A stretch of 64,000 nucleotides of DNA from Ginglymostoma cirratum. Its lineage: Eukaryota. Shown here in pieces: positions 52,680-64,000 of the stretch. A model generated the notes under the pieces. That model saw nothing but the letters and a program-made list of their open reading frames with translations, had not been told where the DNA came from and searched no databases. How positions within the stretch are numbered: position 1 is the stretch's first letter; each line of letters begins with the position of its first letter. The DNA is taken from the NCBI GenBank assembly GCA_024137785.1, contig JAHRHZ010000102.1, positions 1,048,220 to 1,112,219 of the forward strand, in the 5' to 3' direction. The translations under genes and the position numbers were made by a program.

Positions 52680-53035
52680 ATTCCGAGCGCGCTGCACTGC
52701 ATTGCTGATCACTGCGCAGGCTCAGTATGTTCCCACGTGCCCACAGACTAGAGCATGCGCAGTGGGAGCGATCCTGAGAAGTAGTCGCTCTTTTTCTCGG
52801 CTCCACAAAAGGTAACAATGAGGCGGAACAGAGGAGGTGACATACCGGGCGGTAGACGGGCAGGCTTTCTAAACACTTTGTGGATGCGACAGACCCCACG
52901 TAAAGAAACTATCTGTACCTGTTTCAAAAAACGGGACAGATTGAGGCTCCGTCTCCATGACAGGCCGTGGGTCATGCCCGCCATCTTTGTAGAAGGCAAA
53001 GAGGCGCAGGGCGCATGTGCGGTCACCCTCGGCCA
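52680..53035 (+). promoter_or_regulatory. CpG-rich promoter-like patch with NRF1-like and YY1 motifs
   Basis: GCATGCGCA ~52752, TGCGCAGGCTCA ~52713, GCGCATGTGC ~53012 and CCGCCATCTTTG ~52978; followed by ZNF-type acceptor exons at 53102 and 53218. Confidence 0.55.
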
Positions 53036-53217
53036 GGGGAGAAATTTTGTCAATGTGTCTCCTGGACTGCCAGGGATGGAGATTCTCAACTCCTTTAACA
53101 GGGAGTGAGGAGGGGAGGATTTACACACAGCAAACTCCAAAGCAAGGAAATATTTGCTTCTTCTGAAATTTTGTCCCTGACTGACTGAGATGGCTCTTGC
53201 AAATTTTTTTTTTACAG

Positions 53218-53330
53218 CATGTTAGAAGAGGATTTGCAGATCGGAAACTCAAACCAAACATGATGCACCAAGATCTAAGTGAGTCACTTTATTCATTCGG
53301 TCCTGGATATTATTGGCCTTTGAATGTAAG
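53218..53330 (+). pseudogene. Zinc-finger-associated N-terminal exon (disrupted)
   Basis: ttttacag acceptor; reads MLEEDLQIGNSNQT*/HQDLSESLYSFGPGYYWPLN; homologous to 38333-38435 and to the sequence leading into the 6138 ZNF. Confidence 0.55.
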
Positions 53331-54674
53331 TATTGAGTAAAATAAAAGTAATGTAAAGTTCCTTCCTTCTAACTCTCAGTAACTATTGCCAATATCTTAA
53401 ATCTGTGTCTTTCATATCTTTACTACCAGTGAAGATCAGCTGCTCTTTATCTGCCTTATTTAAACTAGACACTTTAACAAATCTCATTTCAATCTCCTTT
53501 GCTCTGTGCAAAACAACTTCAGTTTCTCCAACCTGATCTTACAACTAATATCCCTTGGTTGTTGAGCCATTCTGATTCATCTCCTTTCAAGTCTCTCCTC
53601 AGACCCTCACATTCTTCGTGGAGATCACCTGTTTGTGCAGGCCCAAATGCTCTGTGTTCAAGTAGGTGATGATATTCTCACACAAGCAATTGCTCACTGA
53701 CAGCAGCCTGATTTCAGGGTGTTTCCTGAACTGTGCGTTTACTCTGACCCCAGTGGTTCTGGTATCTTTTGAGCTGCAGACTCTGGCATTTGATTTTAAA
53801 CTTGAACAGAATGAAATTATTTCAATATTTTAAACCAGTAATCTGCACCATTAAGCTTCTCCAGCTGTTTTCTGTTATCTGACTCTGGAGCTAATGTGAC
53901 TCATTTTGTCACCCCCTTGCTATGTGGGTGGTGTCAAAAGCTGCTTTATAAGACCATCCATTGTTCTGGTTCATCTCTGTTCTCCCTGATCAACTCTGTC
54001 ATTTTCTAACCTGCTCTGTCTTCAATAATGGATGTAACCGACTTCGGTATTGTATTGTTACTCCCATTGACTCTCTAAATGAGGTTTTGTTTACAGATGA
54101 ACATTGCCTGACTGTTTGTTGCTGGCGATTACCTTCCCTTAGCAGCTCGACAATGCTCTTTACGAACGGAGTTATTCACCAAGTGATGACGAAGGAACTG
54201 TGATATGTGTCCAAGTCAGTGGCAAATAATTTGTATCAATATAGTGCCCTTCACATCATGGAAACTTCCAAACTGTTCCTTGGTAGTGTTGTAATGCAAC
54301 TTCTGACCCTAGATGCACAATGAGATATTAAGGTAGTGACAACATGTTTTATGGTCAAATATGTTGTTTTCAACCAGTATTTTAGGGTGCAAAACTGATG
54401 TCGAGAGAGAAAGAGAGGTTTAATGAGGACATTTCACAGTTTGTCACCTTGGAAGCTAAAGGGTGAGGGCACCAAATGTGGGACAGTTAAAATCGAGAAC
54501 GCCTGCAAACACCTCATACCATTGTCATTTTCTCTCTTTAGATTTTGGCTCCGAGTCTCAAAATCAATGTTAATGAAGAGTTCTATCATTAAGAGATCTT
54601 CACATTTCCCCATGAGGCCTTTCACAGCTAGATTGCCAATTAATCCACTATTATTACACAATTAAAATTTTGAA

Positions 54675-54895
54675 AGAGTTACCATAGTTTCTGAAGACTG
54701 TAGGACTGTTCTCTCACTTCAGAGAGAGAGATGACAAATGGTGCTTTAACCTCAGGGTTACCACATCTCAGGCAATGGGCAAGGTTAAGATGGTGGCACC
54801 TTCATGGTGACCTCAGCTGTTGGAGGAATTAAGCACATGCTGCTGGAGTCAATCTGCATCACAAACCAGCTGTTCAGCCAACTGAGCTAACCCAC
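54675..54895 (-). mobile_element. tRNA-derived SINE (third family); related copy at ~52290-52510 (+)
   Basis: Minus head ggttagctcagttggctg..; shared gagatgtggt..cctcaggttaaa.cacca core. Confidence 0.6.
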
Positions 54896-55064
54896 CCCTG
54901 ACCATTACACAATACACCATTGAAAATGGCCTGTCCTTTCTTTGGTCACTCAATATATAAATGTGGAAAACCATTTTGTACACACTCCAAGAATTTCTCC
55001 TCCATGGTATAGTTACTGATTTAATTTACTCAACCTATGTGCAGATTGAAGTCACCCATAATAA

Positions 55065-58000
55065 CCATGAGCACAAGATCTCGGCGCAGAATTAGGCTAT
55101 TTGACTCATTAAGATAGCTCCACAATTTGATTGTGACTGATACGTTTCTCAACCCCATTCTCCTGCCTTCTCCCACAACCGTTGCTCCCCTTATCAATCA
55201 AGAACCTATCTGTCTCTGTTTAAATTCACTCAATGAAGTGGCCTCTACTGCCTTCTATGACAATGAGTTCCAAAGTATCACCACCCTCGGGCTGAAGAAT
55301 ATCCTCCTCCTTTCCGTTCTAAACGGTCATCCCTTCACTGATTAGCTGTGCCCTCAGGTTCTAGTCTCTTCTACAAGCTGAAACATCTCCATGTCTAATT
55401 ATCCAGGCCTTTCAGTATTTTGTAAGTTTCAATCGTGTTGCGTCATAGAGTCTGAAAGCACGGAAGCAGACCCATCGATCCAAACAGTCCGTGCTGACCA
55501 TGTTCCAAAACTAATCTAGTCCCATCTGCCTACACATGGCCCATGTGTCTCTGAACATTTCTTATTTATGTATTATCTCAACATCTTTTAAACATTGTAA
55601 ACTCTACCTGTATCCACCATTTCCTCTGGAAGTTCATTCCACGCACAAACCACACTCTGGGGAAAGAAAAAATGGTTGCACCCCCATGCCTTTTCTCAAT
55701 CTTTCACCTCTCACCTTAAAAATATGACCCTGGTCTTGAAATCCCCCACCCGAGGGAAAAGACACCTGCTATTCACCTTATCTGTTCTCCTCAAGGGCAA
55801 GGCTTAAACAGTTCATGGTAGGGCCCTGGGTAGTGTTGTATCTCGGTACCTTTGTACCTAACATGGTGCCATAAGTGGCAACTTGTAAACATTTCACTGT
55901 ACTCATGTGAGGACATACGACAATAAAACTGATCCAGTTGATTAAAAATATGCCCCCCCGCCCCCCCCCCAAGGTCCTCAAATACCCACCCCAGAGAAAG
56001 GACACCTGCCAATCAACTTTTGTTACCCCTCAGGATTTCACAAACCACTTTCAGGTCAACCTCAATGTGCTACACCCCTGTGAAAGGAGTCCCAGTCCCC
56101 CATTATGACTCAACCCCTCCGTTCACAGCAACGTCCCGGTAAATCTCTTCTGAACTCTGTCCAGCTTAATAATATCCTGGCTATAACAGATAGACCAGAA
56201 CTGGACACAGTACTTCTGAAGAGGCCTCACCAACGGCCTGTACAATTTCAACATGACGTCCCAACTTCTGTACACAGCTGTCTGAGCAATGAAGGTAAGC
56301 ATGCTAAACACCTTCTCAATCACCCTGTTTATATGTGACGCAAATTTAGAAGAATTAGGTAACTGAAACCTGAAGACTCTCTGTTCTGCAACACCCAAGG
56401 CCCTACATTAATTTGTAAGTGGATTTCTTCTGGGTGCTCCAATTTCCTCCGGGTGCTCCAATTTCCTCCCAATGTCCAAAGATTTGCAGATTGGGTGGAT
56501 TGGTCGTGCTAAATTGAGCATAATGTTCAGGGATGTGTAGATCAGATGGATTATAGAGGTATGGTTCGGAGTGGGGTGCTCTGAGGGTAAGTGTGGACTT
56601 GTTGGGCCGAAGGGCCTGTTTCCATACTGTAGGGATTCTATGATTTTATGATTTTCTATGAAGTCCTGCCTACCTTTGTTTTAGCACTATGCAGTACCTC
56701 GCATTTATTCAAATTAAACTCCATCTGCCAGTCCTCAGCACATCGACCCAAATGATCAAGATCTCTTTGAAATCGTAACCTTTTTCACTGCCCACTCTTG
56801 CATTAGTTTGGAGTCATCCGCCAAGTTACTAACCATGTCTTCTGTATTCTCCTCTGAATCATTTATATAAATGTCAAACAAAAGTGAACCCGACACTGAT
56901 CCCTGCGGAACACCACTGGTCACCGCTGAACACGAGGCCTTCAGTCCGAATTACAACTCCACTTCCACAGCCTGTCTCCTGACGTTAAGCAAATTTTGTG
57001 TCCAATTGGCAAGCTAATCCTGGATCCCATGCAAGCTAGCTTTACTAATTAGTCCACCACTTGGAACCTTGTCGAAGTCTTTACGATAGTCCAAGTAAAC
57101 AATGTTTACTGCTCTGCCCTCATCAATCATCTTGGTTACTTCATCAAAAACCTCAATCAAATTTGTGAGACACGATTTCTCTTGCAGACAACCATGCTGA
57201 TTATCCATAACCATTCCTTGCCTCCCCAAATGCTATCTTTCAGCGTCACCTCCAACAAGTTATCCACCGCCAAGGTCAGACTCTCAGAACAAGAGTTCCC
57301 AGGCTTCTTACATCATTCAAATGAAGGCACAACATGAGCCACTGTGCAATCATCTGGCACCTCACCTGTAGTTATAGATGATAGAATATTTCTGCAAGCG
57401 ACCCCACATCTTCTCATTTAACTTTCCACACGATGGGATGCACGAGAACCGGTCGTAAGATTTAGAGTCACAGAGTAATACAGTGTGGAAACAGGCCCTT
57501 TGGCCCAAGCTGGTCCATGCTGACCATCGTGCCCACTCAGCTAGTTCCAATTGCTGGATTTGGTCCATGTACCTATCCAATTATTTTTTAAATGTTGCTA
57601 TTGAACCTGCCTCAACCACTTTCTCTGGCAGCCCATTCCATATATGCACCACTTTCTGCATGAAGAAGTTGCCCCTCAGGTCCTTCTTAAATCGTTCCCC
57701 TCTCACCTTAAATCTATGACCTTGAGTTTTGAATCCCCATCCCTGGTAAAAAGACTACATGCATTCATCCCATCTATGCCCCTCATGATTTTATACATCT
57801 CAATAAAATCACCCCCGCATTCTCCTATGTTCCAAGGAATAAGGTCCTATCCTGACGAACCTGTCCGTACAACTCAGGCCTGGCAACATCCTAGTAAATC
57901 TTCTTTGCACAATTTCCAGTTTAACTGTCTTTCCTATAACAGGGTGACCAAAACTGTACACAGTATTCCAGTGCGGCCTCACCAATGACTTATACAGTTG

Positions 58001-59060
58001 TAACATAACATCCCAGCTTCTATACTCAGTGCTTCAACCCATGAAGATGAACATGTTGAATGCCTTCTTCACCACCCTTGTCTACCTGTGACACTGCTTT
58101 CCATGAACTATGTACTGGTGCTCCTGGGTCCCTCTGTTTCACAACAGTCCTCAGGACCTTACCATTTACTGTATAATTCCTACCTTAATTATATTGAATT
58201 GCATTTGCCAATCCTCAGCCCACTTCCCCATCTGATCAAGATCTCTCTGTAAATTTTAATCGCCTTCCTTGCTATCAACACCAGCTTCTAACTTTATATC
58301 ACCCACAAACTTAGTGATCATGCCTTGTATATTCACATCCAGATCATTTACGTAAATAACAAATAACAAAGGTCCCAGCAGTGACGCCTCTGGCACACCA
58401 CTAGTCACAGACCTCCAGTCTGAGAAACAGCCTTCAACCATCACCTTCTGCTTCCTACCATTGAGCCAATTTTGAATCAAATTAGCTAGCTATCCCTGGA
58501 TCCCATGGCTAGCCTGCCATGCGGGACCTTGTCAAAGGTATACTAAAGTCCCAGAGACAACACCCACTGCCCTATCCTCCTCTATGCTCTTGGTTACCTT
58601 TTAGAAAAACTGTGAAGAAAATTGTCAGACATGACTTCCTGCACACAAATCCACACTGACTATCCCTAATCAGACCTTGGCTATCCAAATGTTGGTTGAT
58701 CCTGTCCCTCAGTATCCTCTCCAATAACTTGCCTGCCATTGCTGTCAGGCTCACTGGCCTTTGCTACCTTTCTTCAACAATGGAACAAAGTTAGCCGCCC
58801 TTCAGTCTTCCAGAACTTCACCAGTTGCTAAAGATGAAGCCAAAATCTCTGCAAGGACCTCTGCAATTTCGTCCCTAGCCTCCCACAATGTCCGAGGATG
58901 GATTTGATCAGGCCCAGGGAATTTATCCACCTTAGTGCGCTTAAAGGCAGTCCAAAACATCTGCACTTGTTTCCCTTATTTCCTCAGCATCCATGAATCT
59001 CTCCTCAGTAAACATTCAGGAGAAATAATCATTCAAAATCCCGCCAGTCTTCTGTGGCTC
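55065..59060 (-). mobile_element. Stack of nested CR1 fragments (with HE1 SINE at 56420-56660)
   Basis: Repeated minus-strand CR1 RT motifs (SCLTNLIEVFDEVT, VYLDYRKDFDKVP, SGVPEASLLGPLLFVIYVNDLD) and several 3' tails. Confidence 0.85.
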
Positions 59061-59229
59061 CTGTGAGCTTGTTTTCAAAATACGATATTTCTTTCCCTGA
59101 GATCTTTAGCCTCCATTTCTTTCTCCACAATCATAACTGATACAAAATATTCCTTTGATGTCTCCCTCATCTCCTGAGTTTCAATACAAACATGACCTCT
59201 TTCATCTTTGCAGGGCCCTCCTTGGTGAA

Positions 59230-60510
59230 CAAGCAAATGGGTGTTGGACAATCAGAAAGGACTAATTGATAATCAAGTTGAGTGTGGGCTCTTAGGGAAA
59301 AGTGACCACAGTGGATTGAATTCTTCATGAAGATGGAGAGTGATATTGTTGTTTCTGACTCTCAGGTCCTGTAATTAAATGAAATAAGTTATACTGGTCT
59401 GACACATGAGCTGCTTGTGATAAATTGTGGATCAGTATTTCAATGGATGATGGGAGATCGATGATGGTAAACATTTAAAGAGGAAGTCGACAAGCTATGA
59501 AAGTTATTCATCTCAGTCTGGCATGAGAACAAAATGGGAAACATGGTCAAACCATGGCAGAGAAAGGGAAATGAATGGGTATTAAATTTAAGGAAATGGC
59601 ATTCAAATTAGGTAAACAAACTAACAGACTGAGGATTGGGAACAGTTTAGATTTCAGCAAAGGGAGACAAAGGGATTTATTAAGAGGGAGAAAATTGAAT
59701 ATGAGACTGCCCTTGCAGGGACCATACAAACCAATGGCTTTTTTTTTATTCATTCACAGTATGTGGGCATCGCTAGCTAAGCCAGAATTTATTGCCCATC
59801 CCTGATTGTCCGGAGGGCTGTCAAGAGCTGACTGCATTGCTTTGGACTGGAGTCACTTATATACCAGACCGAGCAAGGATTACAGTTTCTTCCCCTGAAG
59901 GATACTAGTGAGCCAGATGGGTTTTTCCTGATAATCAAAAACAGTTTCCTGATCATCATTAAACTCTTAGTTGAACATTGACAGCAAAAGATTAGTCAAG
60001 AAGAAATTAGGGTCTCCCTGCAGTCAGAAACATGGACATTATAATGGGGTACAAAATGATGGCAGACCAATTACGTACGTCTTAGATTGTCAAAAAAGAG
60101 GACACGAATAACGACCCAAAATTAAAGGGTTCCCAGGGTCTAACGGGAAAGTAGAATTGAAAGAAATTGCTATTAGTAGGAAAATGATATTGGGAAAGCT
60201 CATGAGACAACCGGCAGATAAATCCCCAGAGATTGATAACCTTTATCTCAGAGTAACTGAGGGAGTGGCCCTAGAAATGGCTGATGCGCGAGTGGTTATC
60301 CTGAAATTCTATTGATTCTCCGAGTTCCTGTGGATTAGAGGGTACTTAACATTGCCCAAGTATTTAAGAAGGGAATCAGAGCGAAAATAGGGCATTTCAA
60401 AGCATTGATGGTGGGAAAAAGTGTTAGGGTCCACTGTAAAAGTTGGGATAACGGAGTACTTGGAAGATAGCGACAAGATCAGACAGAGTCGGCAGAACCT
60501 TTGTCTGTGA
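59230..60510 (+). mobile_element. Decayed CR1 ORF2 middle fragment, interrupted by a SINE
   Basis: LGKSDH and DKSP..D.LY.RV remnants. Confidence 0.65.
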
Positions 60511-60954
60511 GATCTCTGAGATTCTCTGTTGGGCATGAATTCCCTCCACGCCACTCTCCATCCTGACTTGAAGAAGTATCACTATTCTTTGAGAGTTACT
60601 GGGTCAAAATCCCGAATTCCCTCCCCAACAGTATTGTGGGTTCACCTCATGGACTGTAGTGGTTCTCAAAGGCAGATCACTATCATCTTCTCAATGGCAA
60701 CTCAGCTCGGCAAAGCCCACAGAAATTTGAGAAAAGCATTATCAAGGCCAACTGGGGATATGGAATAGAAGCCTAAATAGATCAGCTTTGACCTTTTTTG
60801 AGGCTCACTGGGCAGAATTAACTGCTCTGACTCCTATTTTCTACGTTCTCAACTCTTTGTATCGAAATGCATCTCAGCGGGAATGGTGCATTCCCTGGAA
60901 CTTGGAAGGATGAGGGCTGATTTGATTACAACTCAATTCTCAGGAGTTTTGAAC

Positions 60955-61068
60955 ATGGAAGGAAACAGCACCATTCACAGTGAAGAGAAACCATACAAGT
61001 GGACTATGTGGGAAAAACCTTCACTCGATCTGCTGGACTTTTGAGATGTAAATGCAGTCAAAACAGGG
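60955..61068 (+). pseudogene. C2H2 ZNF first-finger fragment
   Basis: MEGNSTIHSEEKPYK..., similar to the start of the 6138 ZNF. Confidence 0.55.
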
Positions 61069-61488
61069 TAACAACGATGACATCAAGCTTTCTTTTGTAA
61101 CATCATAGTCACAGATCTCAGTTTGAGTTAAGCAAGGGCCACTGAGCTCCTGATCTCTTTACATTCTTGCTGCAAACACGGACCGAACAGCTGAATTCCA
61201 AATATGGGAATGTCAATCTGCTATTTTAAGGCTCCGTTTGACAGAGCATTGTGTCAAGGAATCATAGCAAAATTGGGATCAACAGGAATCAGAGAATATT
61301 ATTCTCCCTTTGAAGGCAGGTATTTGAAAAGATTGCATCTTCAGACCTGAGTAGATAAAAACAAAGTGAATTTATTCAAACTTTTACCACATACATGCAG
61401 AAGAGATCTCTAATTTTAGTGTCTCCAGTTTCGGGACAATCCACTATTTACAGCTCAAAACAGAATATTAAGACATTTTCACGTTAGA

Positions 61489-61557
61489 CTGGTTGAAGGC
61501 AATGGATTACTAATCCATTGTACTCTGCCCATGTGGGTTTGAATCTTGCCATCGTTG
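61489..61557 (+). pseudogene. tRNA-Ser(GCT) pseudogene, 5'-truncated
   Basis: tggtt.aaggcaatggattactaatccattgtactctgc..gtgggtttgaatc..catcgttg, followed by TTTTT. Confidence 0.78.
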
Positions 61558-63102
61558 GTTTTTCAGGCCATTATTCCTGTTCTCATTCTTATTTGAATTT
61601 CACACATTAGTACAAATTGGACTTGACGCCTAATTCTCATCAGTTTATGTCAGCAGAGATTCTTGAATTGTCGACACGACAGTAAAGTCTAAATCAAGAA
61701 TTACAACCTATCACTTTAAAATTGTTAAATTGCAGATTAAACTGGAATCGCGGAAAAGCACACCATTTTCCCTCCCGTCATTTCTTCAATCTGTGGTAAG
61801 TAGAGTGCCATTTGTTGCCTCCAGGTCACGGCACATTTGTTCTTCATCAGCAAATGAAGCTTGTTACTGAGCTGTCTGATCAAATACATAGACCTTTTCT
61901 ACCAATTTATCGAACTCCCTCACAATTTTAAACTTTTCGATCAGTGGGACCATCGGCGAAATGATGCAGAGGCAAAAGTAAGCCAGTCAGCTCATCAAGT
62001 CTGCTCCGCTATTCAATGGTGTCATGGCTGCTCTGATAATCTCCAACTCCATTCTGCTGCCCAACGTGAATAACACCTAACTCCTTACTGATTAAACGTT
62101 TGTCTAGCTCAGCTTGAAAATACTCAACAATTCAGAGAGAAAATTCCAGACAATTACTGGGTCCTGAGCAATACAATTCCTCCTCGTTTCAGAATTAAAT
62201 GGGCAACACCTTGTTTCTGAGATTGTGTCCTTTGGCCCTCGACTTCACACAAAGGTAAACCACCTGTCCATATCTATTCTTTCAACGTCCCTAAGAACAT
62301 TGAATGTTTGTGTGGTTATAAATCTACCCACCCCCAGCCTCCTTTGTTCCAAGGAGAACAATCCCAGCCTAACCAAACATTCCATTCCATTTTATCCAGT
62401 CTTGGGAAAATGCCAGGATATCTCCAGCAGTGTCCATGCATATTTTTAAGGGAAATTGACGACGATTCTGTGAAACAAGTGGTCGGGATTTAGGATCACA
62501 ATCAGAATTACCCGAAAATATAGAATAGTGGGGCGTTGAGTTTCTCTGATTCAAGGACTGGGAACTGGGATTATGTGGTCGTCTGCAGCCGTAGTCACTT
62601 CCTTCTCTGAGGAAACTGCTGGTATGACCGTTGTAAAACTCAAATGCTCATTGAAAAATGCACCCAATATTACATTCCAGCAAAAAATCATTTCCACATG
62701 AAAATGAATCATATTCACTAAGTGAATATAAGACAGAAACTCTTCATTTTAAGCTGTAAGAAATTGGAGTATGATGCAGCCACTCAGCACTTCGAGCCCA
62801 CCTCGCCGTTCAATGAGATCTTGGATGGCCTCCGACTTCAAAACCATTTTTTCCTACACTATTCGCTGAGATCTTGATTTTTTAAAACATCTGTCGAAAT
62901 CTATCAACGACAGTCTTTTATAAACTCAATACCTGGCACTTATGACTTCCGGGGCTCAGAATTCCAAAGATTCTACCCATTGTGTGTTCCCTCATCTCAG
63001 TCCGCTGTTTGGCAAGTATTCCTGTTGTGTGCCTGGTGATGCTCCTGTCACATCCTACAGCACTGCGCTTTTTTCCTGTTCCCTGATGCCTCATTGTGCG
63101 GC

Positions 63103-63173
63103 GCCGTGACCATATAGAGGTCCTTACTGTATGATACGGCTGCAGCAGCTCTTGCTCGAATCCGGCTACGGCA
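63103..63173 (+). pseudogene. tRNA-His pseudogene
   Basis: gccgtgaccatatag.ggt..tact..ggctgcagca..ctcgaatccg..acggca matches tRNA-His(GTG). Confidence 0.72.
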
Positions 63174-64000
63174 TTGACTGTGGTCCACAATTTCGCCGTA
63201 ACATGTGCTAAAGGAACGCAATGAGGAGTCAATTTAAATTCCAGAAAGCATGCTCATAGAGGCATGTTCAATACTGATGTTGTGAGAACACGCATCACCC
63301 AGAGCAGCTTTTATTAGCATAGACCAATGATTCTTGAAAGTTCAGGCTCAGGAAAATGACAAGAGAGAGATGTTCAGTGCAACAGACGTCATTACAAAAG
63401 ACCAGTTTCTGCATTGTGCAGTTCAATTGTCAGGTTTGCCTCATTTAGCATTTTGAAATTGTCCGCTCTGTAAACAAGTAAGAGTCATTAATATCTGTTG
63501 AGTAGAGATCTGGTCCCAGTACTGACTTCTGGGAACAGCAGAGTGCACTCTCCTCGAATCTGCAAAACAATTCCTCACAGACCATGTCACATCCCCGCTA
63601 TCACCAGGCTTTTCATTCAATCGGCTTCAATTCCTCATCAAATTCGCTTCAATAGATCATAGATCGTAGAATCATAGAATCCCTACAGTGTGGAAACAGG
63701 CCCTTCGGCCCAACAAGTCCACACCGACCCTCAACGCATGTCACCCAGACCCATTCCCAATAAACCACTTAATCTTGTAATTGAGAAATTTCTTCATTTG
63801 TATTCAGCTCATGCGAGCAGTGTGTCCAATGGGTGTGACCCAGAAGTCATACCATACTCTGGAAATCATACCCCACTGCATTTCATTTCACAAACAAGAG
63901 GGAGAAATACCTGCTACTCTGCAAACTTTACTTCAGTGAGAGAAACATGAGGTCTTGATCAGATCACATGCCATCCTCTTTACCTATGTGAGGAGATGGC

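Noticed and set aside
56432-56469. 19-bp tandem repeat gggtgctccaatttcctcc x2
   Set aside because: Local duplication inside an HE1 SINE; not an array or CRISPR.
61489-61557. Link between the tRNA-Ser(GCT) pseudogene and the Ser PBS at 17538
   Set aside because: Priming tRNAs act in trans; co-occurrence is most likely coincidence.

Overview
Repeat-dense vertebrate DNA, almost certainly a cartilaginous fish (shark-type HE1 V-SINEs, CR1 LINEs and Penelope-like elements). The only apparently intact protein-coding gene is a two-exon, minus-strand class A GPCR of the GPR139-like family (exon 1 22312-22243, exon 2 20593-19692, 323 aa). The rest comprises: a decayed cluster of KRAB-less C2H2 zinc-finger genes; a diverged ~6-7 kb segmental duplication (1-~5770 vs ~38364-45470); a fossil multi-isotype tRNA cluster (Asn, Glu x3, Arg, Ser, His; 46-63 kb); an internally deleted retrovirus-type ERV with nested insertions; and many Penelope-derived elements carrying minimal hammerhead ribozyme motifs, two with an intact core. 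The most unusual signal is a 2.9 kb endonuclease-RT LINE (14384-17262) that starts with a tRNA-like A/B-box head, has no ORF1, and is almost free of TTTT on its sense strand, suggesting a Pol III-transcribed LINE whose deletion derivatives are local SINEs. All calls were made by eye without database searches, and repeat boundaries are approximate.
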